Part shown: positions 48,722 through 58,108 of the stretch, in pieces
Layout: the number at the start of each line of letters is the position of its first letter
How positions within the stretch are numbered: position 1 is the first letter of the stretch
Origin: an uncultured Bacilli bacterium
GTDB taxonomy: Bacteria; Bacillota_I; Bacilli_A; RF39; UBA660
DNA: 64,000 nucleotides
NCBI GenBank assembly: GCA_934141535.1
Contig: CAKPCH010000001.1
Coordinates: forward strand, 79,341-143,340
Direction of reading: 5' to 3'
Notes under the pieces: model-generated
Databases searched by the model: none
Told to the model about the DNA's origin: nothing
What the model saw: the letters and a program-made list of their open reading frames with translations, nothing else
Position numbers and translations under genes: made by a program

Positions 48722-51022
48722 TTAAATATCATCATGTTCTACTATTTTTACATAATTAGATTCATTCATAAAACACAAGTCTTTAAAGTTACAAAATTCA
48801 CATCCTATATTTGTTTTATCAAATTTTGGATTTATATCAAATTTAGAATCTAATATATTTTTTAATGTTTCTTTTATTTTAGAACTTGTTAAATTAATTA
48901 AGTCATTAATTTCATCATCACTTAACATATTCTTTAAACTATTAGAACTAAATGAACCATCATTATTAACTTTAATACCATTTATAACTTTACTATCCAT
49001 ATAATTATAATCAAATTGTTCTAAAATTTCTTTATTTGTATTACTATAACCTATAAGTTTTAAACTCTTTTGTTTTTCTTCTTCACTCATATTATCAAGC
49101 ATTATATTTTGCATATAAAATCCTGCAAATTTAATATTATTAAAAATAGAGTGCGCTAAAAACATATATACTGGAAGTTGTAATCCTATACCATATTCTT
49201 TATATTTTAAGCTAGGTTTTTTTATATAAGTTTTATAATCTATAATAGAAGCTATTATATCTTCTTTATCTTTTTTATACATTATTTTATCTATAAAGCC
49301 TATAAAATTTATATTATCAATTAATGGTACACATATATTTTTTTCAGTTTCTATTATATTTAATTTTGAATATTTATTTTGTTCTTTAATAGTATTAATT
49401 AAATAATTTATATTATCTATTGTTCTTTTTATAAAAAACTCTTCATCACTTTTTAATACTATTTCATTAGCACTTAAATATTTATAAACTTCTTCTTCTA
49501 CATTTATAGTATTGTTAGTAGAAAGTTCTAATATATGATGATATATATTTCCAAGTAAAACACTAAATTTATTTATATCTGTTTTTAAATTTAATATTTT
49601 TTCTATATAAAATCTAAAAGCACACCTATTATAATCATCCATTGTAGAAAATGATAAATTAAATGTTTTTAATGATTTAATATAAGTGTTTAATTTTTTT
49701 TTATTTAAACCTGTAAATGATGATGTATAAGTATTGTACTTAACTTCATAATTAGAATTTAAAATACTTAATTTATCAGACTTCTCACCATATTTAATTA
49801 AATTATCAAGTAATTTAGAAAGGGTTAAAATATTTGATAAATCACTATAACTCACTTTTAAATCTATATTTATTTTATTTACTTCACTATCTAATTCTTC
49901 TATTAAACTAGATGGATAGAATGTATTAAAATCAGTTTTTAATTTATATGTTATTATTAAGTTTTTTATATTTTTTATAGATCTTAAAGTTTGTTCTTTT
50001 TCTTTTTTATTTAAATCTACTGTATTATCTAAATAACTAGGTTTAATACTATCATTTATATAATCTTCATCCTTCTTTAATATAGGTATTATTCCTTGAT
50101 TAAATCCTAACATAAATACATATTCATCATCAACAATATAATTTTTATAATCTATTACTTCCACTTCATTAGTATATTTAATATGTTCTATATAAGTATT
50201 ATTTAAATCATTAAATATTAAAGTCTTTAAATCATTTATATCAGTACACCATATATATTTATTACATATATCTACTATTTTTTTATAACTTGTAGTATTA
50301 TTATATTCTTTTATATTTTCTAAAGATTCCTCTATACCTAAATCTAAACTATTAAAAAATTTATTACCTATTATAGTTGATATAACAGGAATATTTTTAT
50401 GCTTATTTATTTTTAAATTATAAAAGCTAAATATTTTTTCTATTATATTTATATAATCTTCGCTAATGTTAGTAAGCTTAATTTTAGAAATATCAATACC
50501 TCTATCTATTAATTTAGAAATAGAATAAGCAACGAATTCAACTTCTTCTTCTATAGTTTGTGCTTCAAATATTTTAGGTGTATAGTTATTATTTTCTTTG
50601 TTTATTATTTTATAATCTATATTACTTAATAAATATTTTTCAAACTTATTTAAATCATAATTATATATAATTATATCTTTTTCTTTAATATATTTTTTAA
50701 ATCTAGTATTAAATATTAATAATTTATTTTCTATTAATTCATTTTTTAAGTTAACTAAAAAATCTAATTTTTTATTATTATATTTTTTATTTTCTATATA
50801 TATTAAATTATCTAAATATTCTTTAGCAACCTCATATTTTAAGTTATATTTTTTTATTACATAAAGAATACTTTTTTCATCATAATCAAAATATAAGTTT
50901 TTTATAAACTCATTAATAGTAAAAAATTTAATGTTTACTAATTGTTTTAAATTTTTTAATATTTGTATTTTTGATTCATTAGATGAAATTATTATTGTAT
51001 TATTTTTTATAATATTTTGCAT
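48722..51022 (-). CDS. addB: AddB-like nuclease subunit (PD-(D/E)XK nuclease with a C-terminal Fe-S cysteine motif). Compact at 766 aa.
   Basis: C-terminal IDKIMYKKD...IIDYKTY (nuclease) and CAFRF...GCEFCNFKDLC four-Cys motif as in AddB. It is adjacent to the addA-like gene and co-oriented with it. Confidence 0.6.
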   Translation of the reverse strand: MQNIIKNNTIIISSNESKIQILKNLKQLVNIKFFTINEFIKNLYFDYDEKSILYVIKKYNLKYEVAKEYLDNLIYIENKKYNNKKLDFLVNLKNELIENKLLIFNTRFKKYIKEKDIIIYNYDLNKFEKYLLSNIDYKIINKENNNYTPKIFEAQTIEEEVEFVAYSISKLIDRGIDISKIKLTNISEDYINIIEKIFSFYNLKINKHKNIPVISTIIGNKFFNSLDLGIEESLENIKEYNNTTSYKKIVDICNKYIWCTDINDLKTLIFNDLNNTYIEHIKYTNEVEVIDYKNYIVDDEYVFMLGFNQGIIPILKKDEDYINDSIKPSYLDNTVDLNKKEKEQTLRSIKNIKNLIITYKLKTDFNTFYPSSLIEELDSEVNKINIDLKVSYSDLSNILTLSKLLDNLIKYGEKSDKLSILNSNYEVKYNTYTSSFTGLNKKKLNTYIKSLKTFNLSFSTMDDYNRCAFRFYIEKILNLKTDINKFSVLLGNIYHHILELSTNNTINVEEEVYKYLSANEIVLKSDEEFFIKRTIDNINYLINTIKEQNKYSKLNIIETEKNICVPLIDNINFIGFIDKIMYKKDKEDIIASIIDYKTYIKKPSLKYKEYGIGLQLPVYMFLAHSIFNNIKFAGFYMQNIMLDNMSEEEKQKSLKLIGYSNTNKEILEQFDYNYMDSKVINGIKVNNDGSFSSNSLKNMLSDDEINDLINLTSSKIKETLKNILDSKFDINPKFDKTNIGCEFCNFKDLCFMNESNYVKIVEHDDI

Positions 51023-51104
51023 ATTACCACCTATATCAATTTTATCAAAAACGAGGTTCTAAGTCTATATATAAATAAAAAGCAAAAGTTTTTTCTTTTG
51101 CTTT

Positions 51105-52538
51105 TTAATAAATTATTTCTATTTTTGATGGAGCATTTGTAGTATTTACTGTTAATATTGTTGTATTTTGTATTTTTGATAATTTTGGTAAATCTACTAA
51201 TTCTTCTGTTCCGCTACTTCTTATAACTTTTCCAAGCTCATAATCTATATAGTCTCCATTCATTAATGGTGAATTCAAACTTACTTTATAACTGATTGGT
51301 TCTACATATGCTTCGTATGCTGTTGGGGTTGTACCTTCTTCTATTTGGAATGTAGAGAATTTTGCTATATCACTTGAAGTAAGCACTAATGTCTGACCTT
51401 TTTTTACAAAATAATCATATCCATCCTCTACAGTAAATGTTGATGATGGTTGTAATTTATCTACTGTTATATATGAAAGAAATGTAAAAGCTGTACTATC
51501 TATTTTATAAAAATATATATATTCTGGAACACTAGAACTATTCTTTAATGTCGCACTTATTACATATTGTTTACCTGGTGTTAATTTATCCGTATATACT
51601 CTTGCTTTAGATTGTGTTGATGAAAATGGATAATCTGTTGTAACTAGTTTTGATGTATTAAAGAAATCTATTTTATTTTTACCACTAAGTGTTAATGGTA
51701 TTTCGTATTTCCCTGTACTGGAATTCAAATCTCCTACTCCACTACTACTTCCATATATTCTATATCCATCTATATAACTTATACTATCATCAACTTTTAT
51801 TTCATTTGTGGTTGATGACAATACTGTTCCAGTTGGTAATGTTGGTGTTCCGCTTAAATTTGTTGAGCCATATGTTAAATATATCTTACCAAATTTTATT
51901 GTAAATGGACCATCTGCTACACTTGAGCCACTTGTATATTCTATTGTTACTTTTACTAATTCACTATTATTCTTTTTTAATACATGATTTGTTATATTTA
52001 GTGTTGTGTCTGTATATGATGTACTTAATACTGTGGTTGTTACCTTTATTCCGTTACAAGCACTTGCTACTAAAGATGATGTTGTACCAGTACCTGCTAT
52101 ACATTCTTTAAATGATGTTTTTCCTTTAATATTATCAAATACTATACTACTTAAATATGCATCGTAACTACCTACGTTTCTTGCGTAAAATGTATACTCT
52201 ATCTTTTCACCAGGTGACGTGAAAGTTGCTTTTAATCCACTTATAGATGGATTACCATCATTATTTATTGTTGGTGTTTCAGCACTCGCATTTCCAGTTT
52301 TCGTTATGCTTACACCAGTTGTTGCAAGTGATGTACTGCTACTTGAAAATACTACTTTAAACTCTCCTGAATCCGGTGTAATAGTCGCATTACTTTTTAC
52401 CGTTAAAGTACTTGAAAAAGCTGCAAATACAATAGATAGTCCAAGCACTGAAATAAGTGTTATTACAAGAGCTAAATTTATATTTCTTTTATTATAATAT
52501 CCCATAGTACTTCCTACCCTTCTTTTATATTTTACCAC
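51105..52538 (-). CDS. TasA/camelysin-like protein with a SipW-cognate signal peptide and a distinct ~260-aa C-terminal domain (no DUF1566 module)
   Basis: N-terminus NLALVITLISVLGLSIVFAAFSSTLTVKS. The TasA-like core is almost identical to the 44207-45478 paralog up to ...TIKFGKIYLTYGSTNLSG, then diverges. Confidence 0.75.
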   Translation of the reverse strand: MVKYKRRVGSTMGYYNKRNINLALVITLISVLGLSIVFAAFSSTLTVKSNATITPDSGEFKVVFSSSSTSLATTGVSITKTGNASAETPTINNDGNPSISGLKATFTSPGEKIEYTFYARNVGSYDAYLSSIVFDNIKGKTSFKECIAGTGTTSSLVASACNGIKVTTTVLSTSYTDTTLNITNHVLKKNNSELVKVTIEYTSGSSVADGPFTIKFGKIYLTYGSTNLSGTPTLPTGTVLSSTTNEIKVDDSISYIDGYRIYGSSSGVGDLNSSTGKYEIPLTLSGKNKIDFFNTSKLVTTDYPFSSTQSKARVYTDKLTPGKQYVISATLKNSSSVPEYIYFYKIDSTAFTFLSYITVDKLQPSSTFTVEDGYDYFVKKGQTLVLTSSDIAKFSTFQIEEGTTPTAYEAYVEPISYKVSLNSPLMNGDYIDYELGKVIRSSGTEELVDLPKLSKIQNTTILTVNTTNAPSKIEIIY

Positions 52539-52639
52539 ATATTTATAATTTATTACAACAATTATTAGAATGAAAAACTTAACTAATTCATTAAAAGAGT
52601 TAAGTTTTTATTTTTTTGTTATAATATACCATATATTTT
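52539..52639. promoter_or_regulatory. upstream leader of the 51105-52538 paralog; only the proximal ~45 bp is shared with the family cassette
   Basis: cttcctacccttcttttatattttaccacatat matches the proximal part of the cassette; the distal part diverges. Confidence 0.3.
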
Positions 52640-54667
52640 TTAATTTAATTCTGATTTAGGAATTGTTATAACTGGACGAATGCCATCATAGTTGGCATCG
52701 ACATCTTGACTATATAATGACCCATCACCTGTCACATCATAAGCTCTCGCATAATTTCCAGTAGAATCCTCAGAATACATAGAATATGAAATGGTCCAAT
52801 AACCAAATACTTCTGATACTGGATGAGTTGCTTCCTCTAAATAATCATGTAGCCATGTTGGTAAATTTTCTAACAAATCATCATTGTCAACATCAACAGT
52901 TAAACCTAAAGCATTTGCTATCTGATCTGCTGTTGGTAATGTTATTTGAGATATATTTGTCCAAGCCGATGTATATTCTTTCAATGCATTAGTAACTGTT
53001 ATTGGTCCTTTATTAGTTCTAATATATCTATTCCAATCACTTTCTGTCCCTCCGGCAGCTATATAATCTTCCTTTGTTACCCATGAAACTGTTGATAGAT
53101 TCGTTGAAGATGATGTTACTGCTTTACCATCTATTCCTACATTTGCATTCATTATTAAACTTACATTATCTCCTGAAGTTTCTAGTACAAAAAATGTTTT
53201 TGAGTCACCATCGCCCACATCACATGTATATTCATCTCCATAAGCATAATTTCCTGTTGGAACACTACCTGTAGTTGCGGTTGTTACTGCTTTACATATA
53301 TAATTTGAACCTTCACTAATTGTGATATCCCCATTAACATTAGGTATTGTTAACAATTTAGTAGCTTCATCATATGTATAATCTATATCTTTTGTTAATA
53401 TTATATCTCCCATAACAATACTTGGAGTACTTGAATTTATAGTTGCTGTATATGTATTACCTTCTATCGATTCTGTATTACAATTAGTACAAGTTATTCC
53501 ATCGTATGTTACTTTAAATATTTGTTTGTAATCAAATCCTATATTAAAAGTTTGTGGTTCACTAGTTACTAAACTGTCACTTATTCCATCTTTATATTTT
53601 ATTGTTACATATATCTTTTTAGTTGCACCATTTGTGCAGTTGTCACCATCACATACTGGTATTGCTTCACCATTACTATAACCATCTATTGTGTAATTTA
53701 AACTAGTATCTGCTCCAAATGCTGATTTAGATATTTTTATTACTGGACGAACACCGTAACTTCTAGAATCACTGACGGAGGGGGTGCCGCCGTTCAAATA
53801 GCCGTTATAGTGAACAATCCACGCGCTGCGAGAGAAATTACCAGGCGTTATTGTCCAATAGCCACTTACGCCTGTTACTGGATGGGTTGTTTTATCTAAA
53901 TAATCATATAGCCATGTTGGAAAACTAGAACTTTTATTTCCTGCTGCTTTATATATTTGAGCTTTTGCAGGAAAACTTACTTCTACTCCAGATTTATTAA
54001 ATATACTTTTTATATGTCCTAAATAATCTTTACCATCAGGAGCATTACTTCCAGTTGCGGTTATATTTTTACAAGTTTTATGACTGGAACCACCATCTGT
54101 ACACCAAGCTGTTGTTTTAGGTACATAAGAATCTGTATAGTTTTCTTTCATAATTAAACTTACTGTATCTGTATTATTTTCTAGCACAAAGAATGTATTT
54201 GTATAACTATCTCCTACTTTGCATTTATATTCATCTCCATAATTAAAACTTCCAGTTGGTACATTGCCTGTTGTAGCTGTAGTCACTGCTGTACAGATTG
54301 AAGAGTGTGTAACTGGAGGAAGTGCTCCCATTTTTACATTACCCAAATTTGTTATATCTACTTCATATTTTACATATGAATCTTTACTTGGTAATACTAC
54401 ATCTCCAAATATATTAGATACGTTATATTCTTCAGTTCTTGATATAGCACCTCCATTTGTAGAATTTACTTTTATACCAGTTAATCTTACTGTTTTATCT
54501 ACTCTTATCATAGCTATATTTTTCATAACTAAGTTTGAACTAAATGAAGCAAATCCTATAGTTAAACTTGTTACTAATATAGCACATATTACTATTAAAT
54601 ATTTTGAGATCTTTTTTCTCTTTATAAAACTAAAATTATTAAATCCATAATTATTTTTATGCCTCAT
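52640..54667 (-). CDS. large (675 aa) SipW-cognate-signal-peptide surface protein with two DUF1566-like modules and Ig-like middle modules
   Basis: N-terminus YLIVICAILVTSLTIGFASFSSNLVMKN. The N-terminal module is shared with the other giant paralogs (VDKTVRLTGIKVNST...VKYEVDITNLGNVKMGAL). Module ends YGVRPVIKISKSAF and DGIRPVITIPKSELN. Confidence 0.8.
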   Translation of the reverse strand: MRHKNNYGFNNFSFIKRKKISKYLIVICAILVTSLTIGFASFSSNLVMKNIAMIRVDKTVRLTGIKVNSTNGGAISRTEEYNVSNIFGDVVLPSKDSYVKYEVDITNLGNVKMGALPPVTHSSICTAVTTATTGNVPTGSFNYGDEYKCKVGDSYTNTFFVLENNTDTVSLIMKENYTDSYVPKTTAWCTDGGSSHKTCKNITATGSNAPDGKDYLGHIKSIFNKSGVEVSFPAKAQIYKAAGNKSSSFPTWLYDYLDKTTHPVTGVSGYWTITPGNFSRSAWIVHYNGYLNGGTPSVSDSRSYGVRPVIKISKSAFGADTSLNYTIDGYSNGEAIPVCDGDNCTNGATKKIYVTIKYKDGISDSLVTSEPQTFNIGFDYKQIFKVTYDGITCTNCNTESIEGNTYTATINSSTPSIVMGDIILTKDIDYTYDEATKLLTIPNVNGDITISEGSNYICKAVTTATTGSVPTGNYAYGDEYTCDVGDGDSKTFFVLETSGDNVSLIMNANVGIDGKAVTSSSTNLSTVSWVTKEDYIAAGGTESDWNRYIRTNKGPITVTNALKEYTSAWTNISQITLPTADQIANALGLTVDVDNDDLLENLPTWLHDYLEEATHPVSEVFGYWTISYSMYSEDSTGNYARAYDVTGDGSLYSQDVDANYDGIRPVITIPKSELN

Positions 54668-54810
54668 ATTTAATTCATACCCTTCTTATATAGTTTACCA
54701 CATATTACTATTTTTTACATTCATTATTGTTATATTTATATAAAAATATTCTTCATTATATTATTATCTTATCACACACAAAAAAACAAGTAATATTTTT
54801 GTAAATTACC
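54668..54810. promoter_or_regulatory. conserved upstream leader cassette (copy 3)
   Basis: Near-identical to 60824-60960 over ~130 bp. It includes the AT-rich near-palindrome atatttatataaaaatat and a -10-like tataat. Confidence 0.4.
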
Positions 54811-54833
54811 CGTTTTTTTACATTTAGTTGTTA

Positions 54834-55778
54834 CTATTTAATTAATTTTTTCTCTTGACTTAATTCTTTTTCAAATTTTTTTACACAACTACCATACTTA
54901 AAAGTTTCAAATGGTATTCCTAATATTCTTAACATTTCTTTATCATTTACTTTAGCATAATTCATATTAAAACAATCTAACAATTCTTCATAATCATTAC
55001 TTTTGTATTTACTATAAAAATATAAACATAATAAATCACTCATAAATTGCTTATACTTATAATCAAAAATTAATTTATCTATGGTTGATATATTATCTGA
55101 TAAATAAGAATCTAAGCTATCATTTAAAATAGAATGATTTAATATTATCTCATTAATAATATTCACTTTTTCATTAAAGGATTTTTCTTTAAAACCATTT
55201 TTTCTTAAATAATCTATAAATTGTAATTCTAAGAATGAAGAAAAACTTTCCATAAAACATGTAGAATAATAATCTGTTTGTTTATACCCATTTAAGTTTT
55301 GAAAAGCATGTCCTAATTCATGTATTAATGTAAGTTTTTTATCGAATGCTGTAGCATCATTTATTATAATATAATTCTTTAACAGACTCTTTATATAAAC
55401 TGTACTTCCACATATATTTTCATCTATAGTAGTATAAATAATATTATGTTTTTTCATCTTAGTATAAAGTTCAAATAAAGGTATATTAGTTGTTATCAAA
55501 AAATCTATAAATATTTCATCTAATACTTTAGAACTTATTCTTTTACTTAGTTTTACTTTTTTGTTTGTATTTTTAAGAAATTTATTATGAGTCATAATAT
55601 CTAAAATTGATTCTTTATTTAAATAATTAGAAGTAAAACCTATACGTTTTTCGACTAATTCTTTTGATGTATTTGTTATAACTTTTTTATCCTTATTTAA
55701 GGAATATAATATATCTTGATCTGTCGTTAAATCTGATAATTTGGAAAGTGTTATTAAGTCATTCTTTTTGGTATTCAT
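54834..55778 (-). CDS. putative zinc metallopeptidase (HExxH motif), family unassigned
   Basis: LTLIHELGHAF with a downstream Glu-containing segment. 314 aa. No signal peptide. Confidence 0.4.
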   Translation of the reverse strand: MNTKKNDLITLSKLSDLTTDQDILYSLNKDKKVITNTSKELVEKRIGFTSNYLNKESILDIMTHNKFLKNTNKKVKLSKRISSKVLDEIFIDFLITTNIPLFELYTKMKKHNIIYTTIDENICGSTVYIKSLLKNYIIINDATAFDKKLTLIHELGHAFQNLNGYKQTDYYSTCFMESFSSFLELQFIDYLRKNGFKEKSFNEKVNIINEIILNHSILNDSLDSYLSDNISTIDKLIFDYKYKQFMSDLLCLYFYSKYKSNDYEELLDCFNMNYAKVNDKEMLRILGIPFETFKYGSCVKKFEKELSQEKKLIK

Positions 55779-55835
55779 ATTATACCCCCCAATACGTACT
55801 TAATATAATACAACAATAAGAAAAAAAAGGCAAGT

Positions 55836-56735
55836 TTACTTGCGTAAGTTCTTGCTAATCATTTGTAGGTTTACAGTTAACTGTTCTATTCTAGAAATAA
55901 TTCTTCTTGCCTTAACTTCATCTACTCCATTTTTAGAATTTGATAAGTGACATTCTAATTCTTTCATATTTAAATTAGAAGTAAAAAATGTAGTTAAATT
56001 ATTATCCATTCTATATTGAAGTAATGGACATAATATTTCATCTCTATTATAAGCAGTAAGTCCTTCAGCACCTATATCATCTATTAAAAGTAGTGGTACT
56101 TTTTTTACATAATCAAATTTTTCTTTAAAATCATCATAGAAAGCTTGTCTTAAAAACTCTGGCCAAAATATAATACAGCTTTTAAAATTTTTAAGTGCTA
56201 ATTCATTAAATATAGCTGCTATTAAATAAGTTTTACCACATCCAAAATTACCGTGCAAATAAAGTCCTTTACAAGGTTTATGTGCTTCATAATCATCTAA
56301 GAAATCCATTAAATAGTTTATTACTTCAAATCTATTTTTATCTGTTTTATATATATTATTAAGAGAAGCATCTTTTACATATTCTGGAGTATTAAAATAT
56401 TTTATATTATCTAAATATTTATTTTTATTATCAAGTGCTTCTTTATATCTACAAGGTTTATAAGTAAAATTAATATTACCATTAACATTAATAGGTAAAT
56501 AACAAAATCCTTCTATTTTATTTTTACAATCTAATAAACATGAACAATTTTTACAATTTTTATATTCTTTACTACACTCTTCTATTACACTAGTATATTT
56601 TTTTAATATAGAAGAATCTAATTTAGTACTATTAACTATTTCTTTAAAGTCTTTATCTTTTAATGCTTCATTATATTCTTTATCTAAATCATATATATTA
56701 TTATTTATATCTAAATCTTCAGTTATATTATGCAT
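55836..56735 (-). CDS. dnaI: primosomal helicase loader DnaI (AAA+ ATPase)
   Basis: N-terminal Cys-rich zinc module (CKNCSCLLDCKN...C). Walker A GNFGCGKTYL. Walker B LLIDDIG. Length and gene order with dnaB fit. Confidence 0.8.
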   Translation of the reverse strand: MHNITEDLDINNNIYDLDKEYNEALKDKDFKEIVNSTKLDSSILKKYTSVIEECSKEYKNCKNCSCLLDCKNKIEGFCYLPINVNGNINFTYKPCRYKEALDNKNKYLDNIKYFNTPEYVKDASLNNIYKTDKNRFEVINYLMDFLDDYEAHKPCKGLYLHGNFGCGKTYLIAAIFNELALKNFKSCIIFWPEFLRQAFYDDFKEKFDYVKKVPLLLIDDIGAEGLTAYNRDEILCPLLQYRMDNNLTTFFTSNLNMKELECHLSNSKNGVDEVKARRIISRIEQLTVNLQMISKNLRK

Positions 56736-56738
56736 AAG

Positions 56739-58013
56739 CTAACCTCTTTTCATACGACTTTCTAACTTTCTTATTTCTTCTTCATTAGCAATATCTTCTT
56801 TTATTTCTTTATTAAACCAATCAGGTGTTATTGATGATTTTTTATTTACTTTTACTGTAACATTTTTCTTTTTCTTATATTCATCTTCAGCTATTTTCAT
56901 AGCATCCTCAACAGTTTCAATACCACTCTTACTCCATTGTGAAGCAATTACTTCTACAAATGATTTAATTAGTTTATTATTATTAATTTTTAATACATAA
57001 TCAATTAATACATTAACAACACCAGGTTTAAGATTAAGATCTATAAGCAAATAAGAAATAATAGCTAAATCTGAACTTGTAGGATTAGAATTTTTATATT
57101 TACTACTTATAAAATCATAAGGACTTGTAGTTTCAAACATGTGTATTATTCTTGATCTATTTGATGTATCTAAATTTTCTTTTCTTAAATATTCTGGTTG
57201 ATTTTTATATATTATACTAGGTAATTTACCTAAGTTATCAAATCTATAGTATTTATTAGCATTCTCTTGTAATAATTTTTTATCTATAGTATGTTTATCA
57301 CTTATAGAATTTCTAATAAGTTCTACCATATCATCATTATCATAATTATAAATGTATGCTATTTTATATAAAAAATCTTTTGTTTCTCTAGTTAGTGATT
57401 TTTTATTTAACATTTCATCACTTATAAATTCTAATATAGTATTTATATCTATCTTAGATAGTATTTCTAATTTTCTATAATTAGATTTTTTTATATCATA
57501 TATTAAGTTTTCATTAATAGGCTCACTCGAAAAAGCAAATACATCACTAAATCTACTAGTTATATCTTCATATTCTCTTAAATTAATTTTTGGTATTTTA
57601 AAGAAACCAATAATTCTATCATATTCTAATTTTCCAACAGCATTAAGGAGTGCTATATTAAGAGCTGGATTGTTTATAAACTCTGATGCACTAATAGGAG
57701 AATATAATTCATATACAAAACTATTAATATTACCTTTTTTTACATATGTTTTAATTAAACCTATTGCTTCTAATTTTACTCTAGCATCCATAAGTTCATT
57801 ATTACTTATCATCATATCTCTAAGTATATGATGATGTGTCCATTCATTAGATAATAATTCCATTTTATCTAAATAAGACCATAATGTATAATATAGACTT
57901 ATTGCTTGTGAACCAATTATTGGTTGATATAAAAGAAATAATAAATTTCTATCTTTATCGCTTAATGTTGTTTTATTTACTACAATAAATGTATCTGCAG
58001 GAAGTATAACCAT
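56739..58013 (-). CDS. dnaB: replication initiation/membrane attachment protein DnaB (Firmicute helicase co-loader, DnaD-like domains)
   Basis: N-terminus LLYQPIIGSQAISLYYTLWSYLD...THHHILRDMMISNNELMDARVKLEAIGLIKTY aligns with B. subtilis DnaB. Confidence 0.7.
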   Translation of the reverse strand: MVILPADTFIVVNKTTLSDKDRNLLFLLYQPIIGSQAISLYYTLWSYLDKMELLSNEWTHHHILRDMMISNNELMDARVKLEAIGLIKTYVKKGNINSFVYELYSPISASEFINNPALNIALLNAVGKLEYDRIIGFFKIPKINLREYEDITSRFSDVFAFSSEPINENLIYDIKKSNYRKLEILSKIDINTILEFISDEMLNKKSLTRETKDFLYKIAYIYNYDNDDMVELIRNSISDKHTIDKKLLQENANKYYRFDNLGKLPSIIYKNQPEYLRKENLDTSNRSRIIHMFETTSPYDFISSKYKNSNPTSSDLAIISYLLIDLNLKPGVVNVLIDYVLKINNNKLIKSFVEVIASQWSKSGIETVEDAMKIAEDEYKKKKNVTVKVNKKSSITPDWFNKEIKEDIANEEEIRKLESRMKRG

Positions 58014-58108
58014 ATTATCACCAACTTACATGTCTATTTTAACATATTTAATAATTAAATAAAATAAAAACTATTAATATAAATTAAAAAAGCAAGGTTA
58101 GACCTTAC

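Noticed and set aside
54834-55778. 314-aa ORF considered as a candidate DGR reverse transcriptase
   Set aside because: It has no YxDD or RT finger/palm motifs. It carries HELGH, which is a metallopeptidase-like motif.
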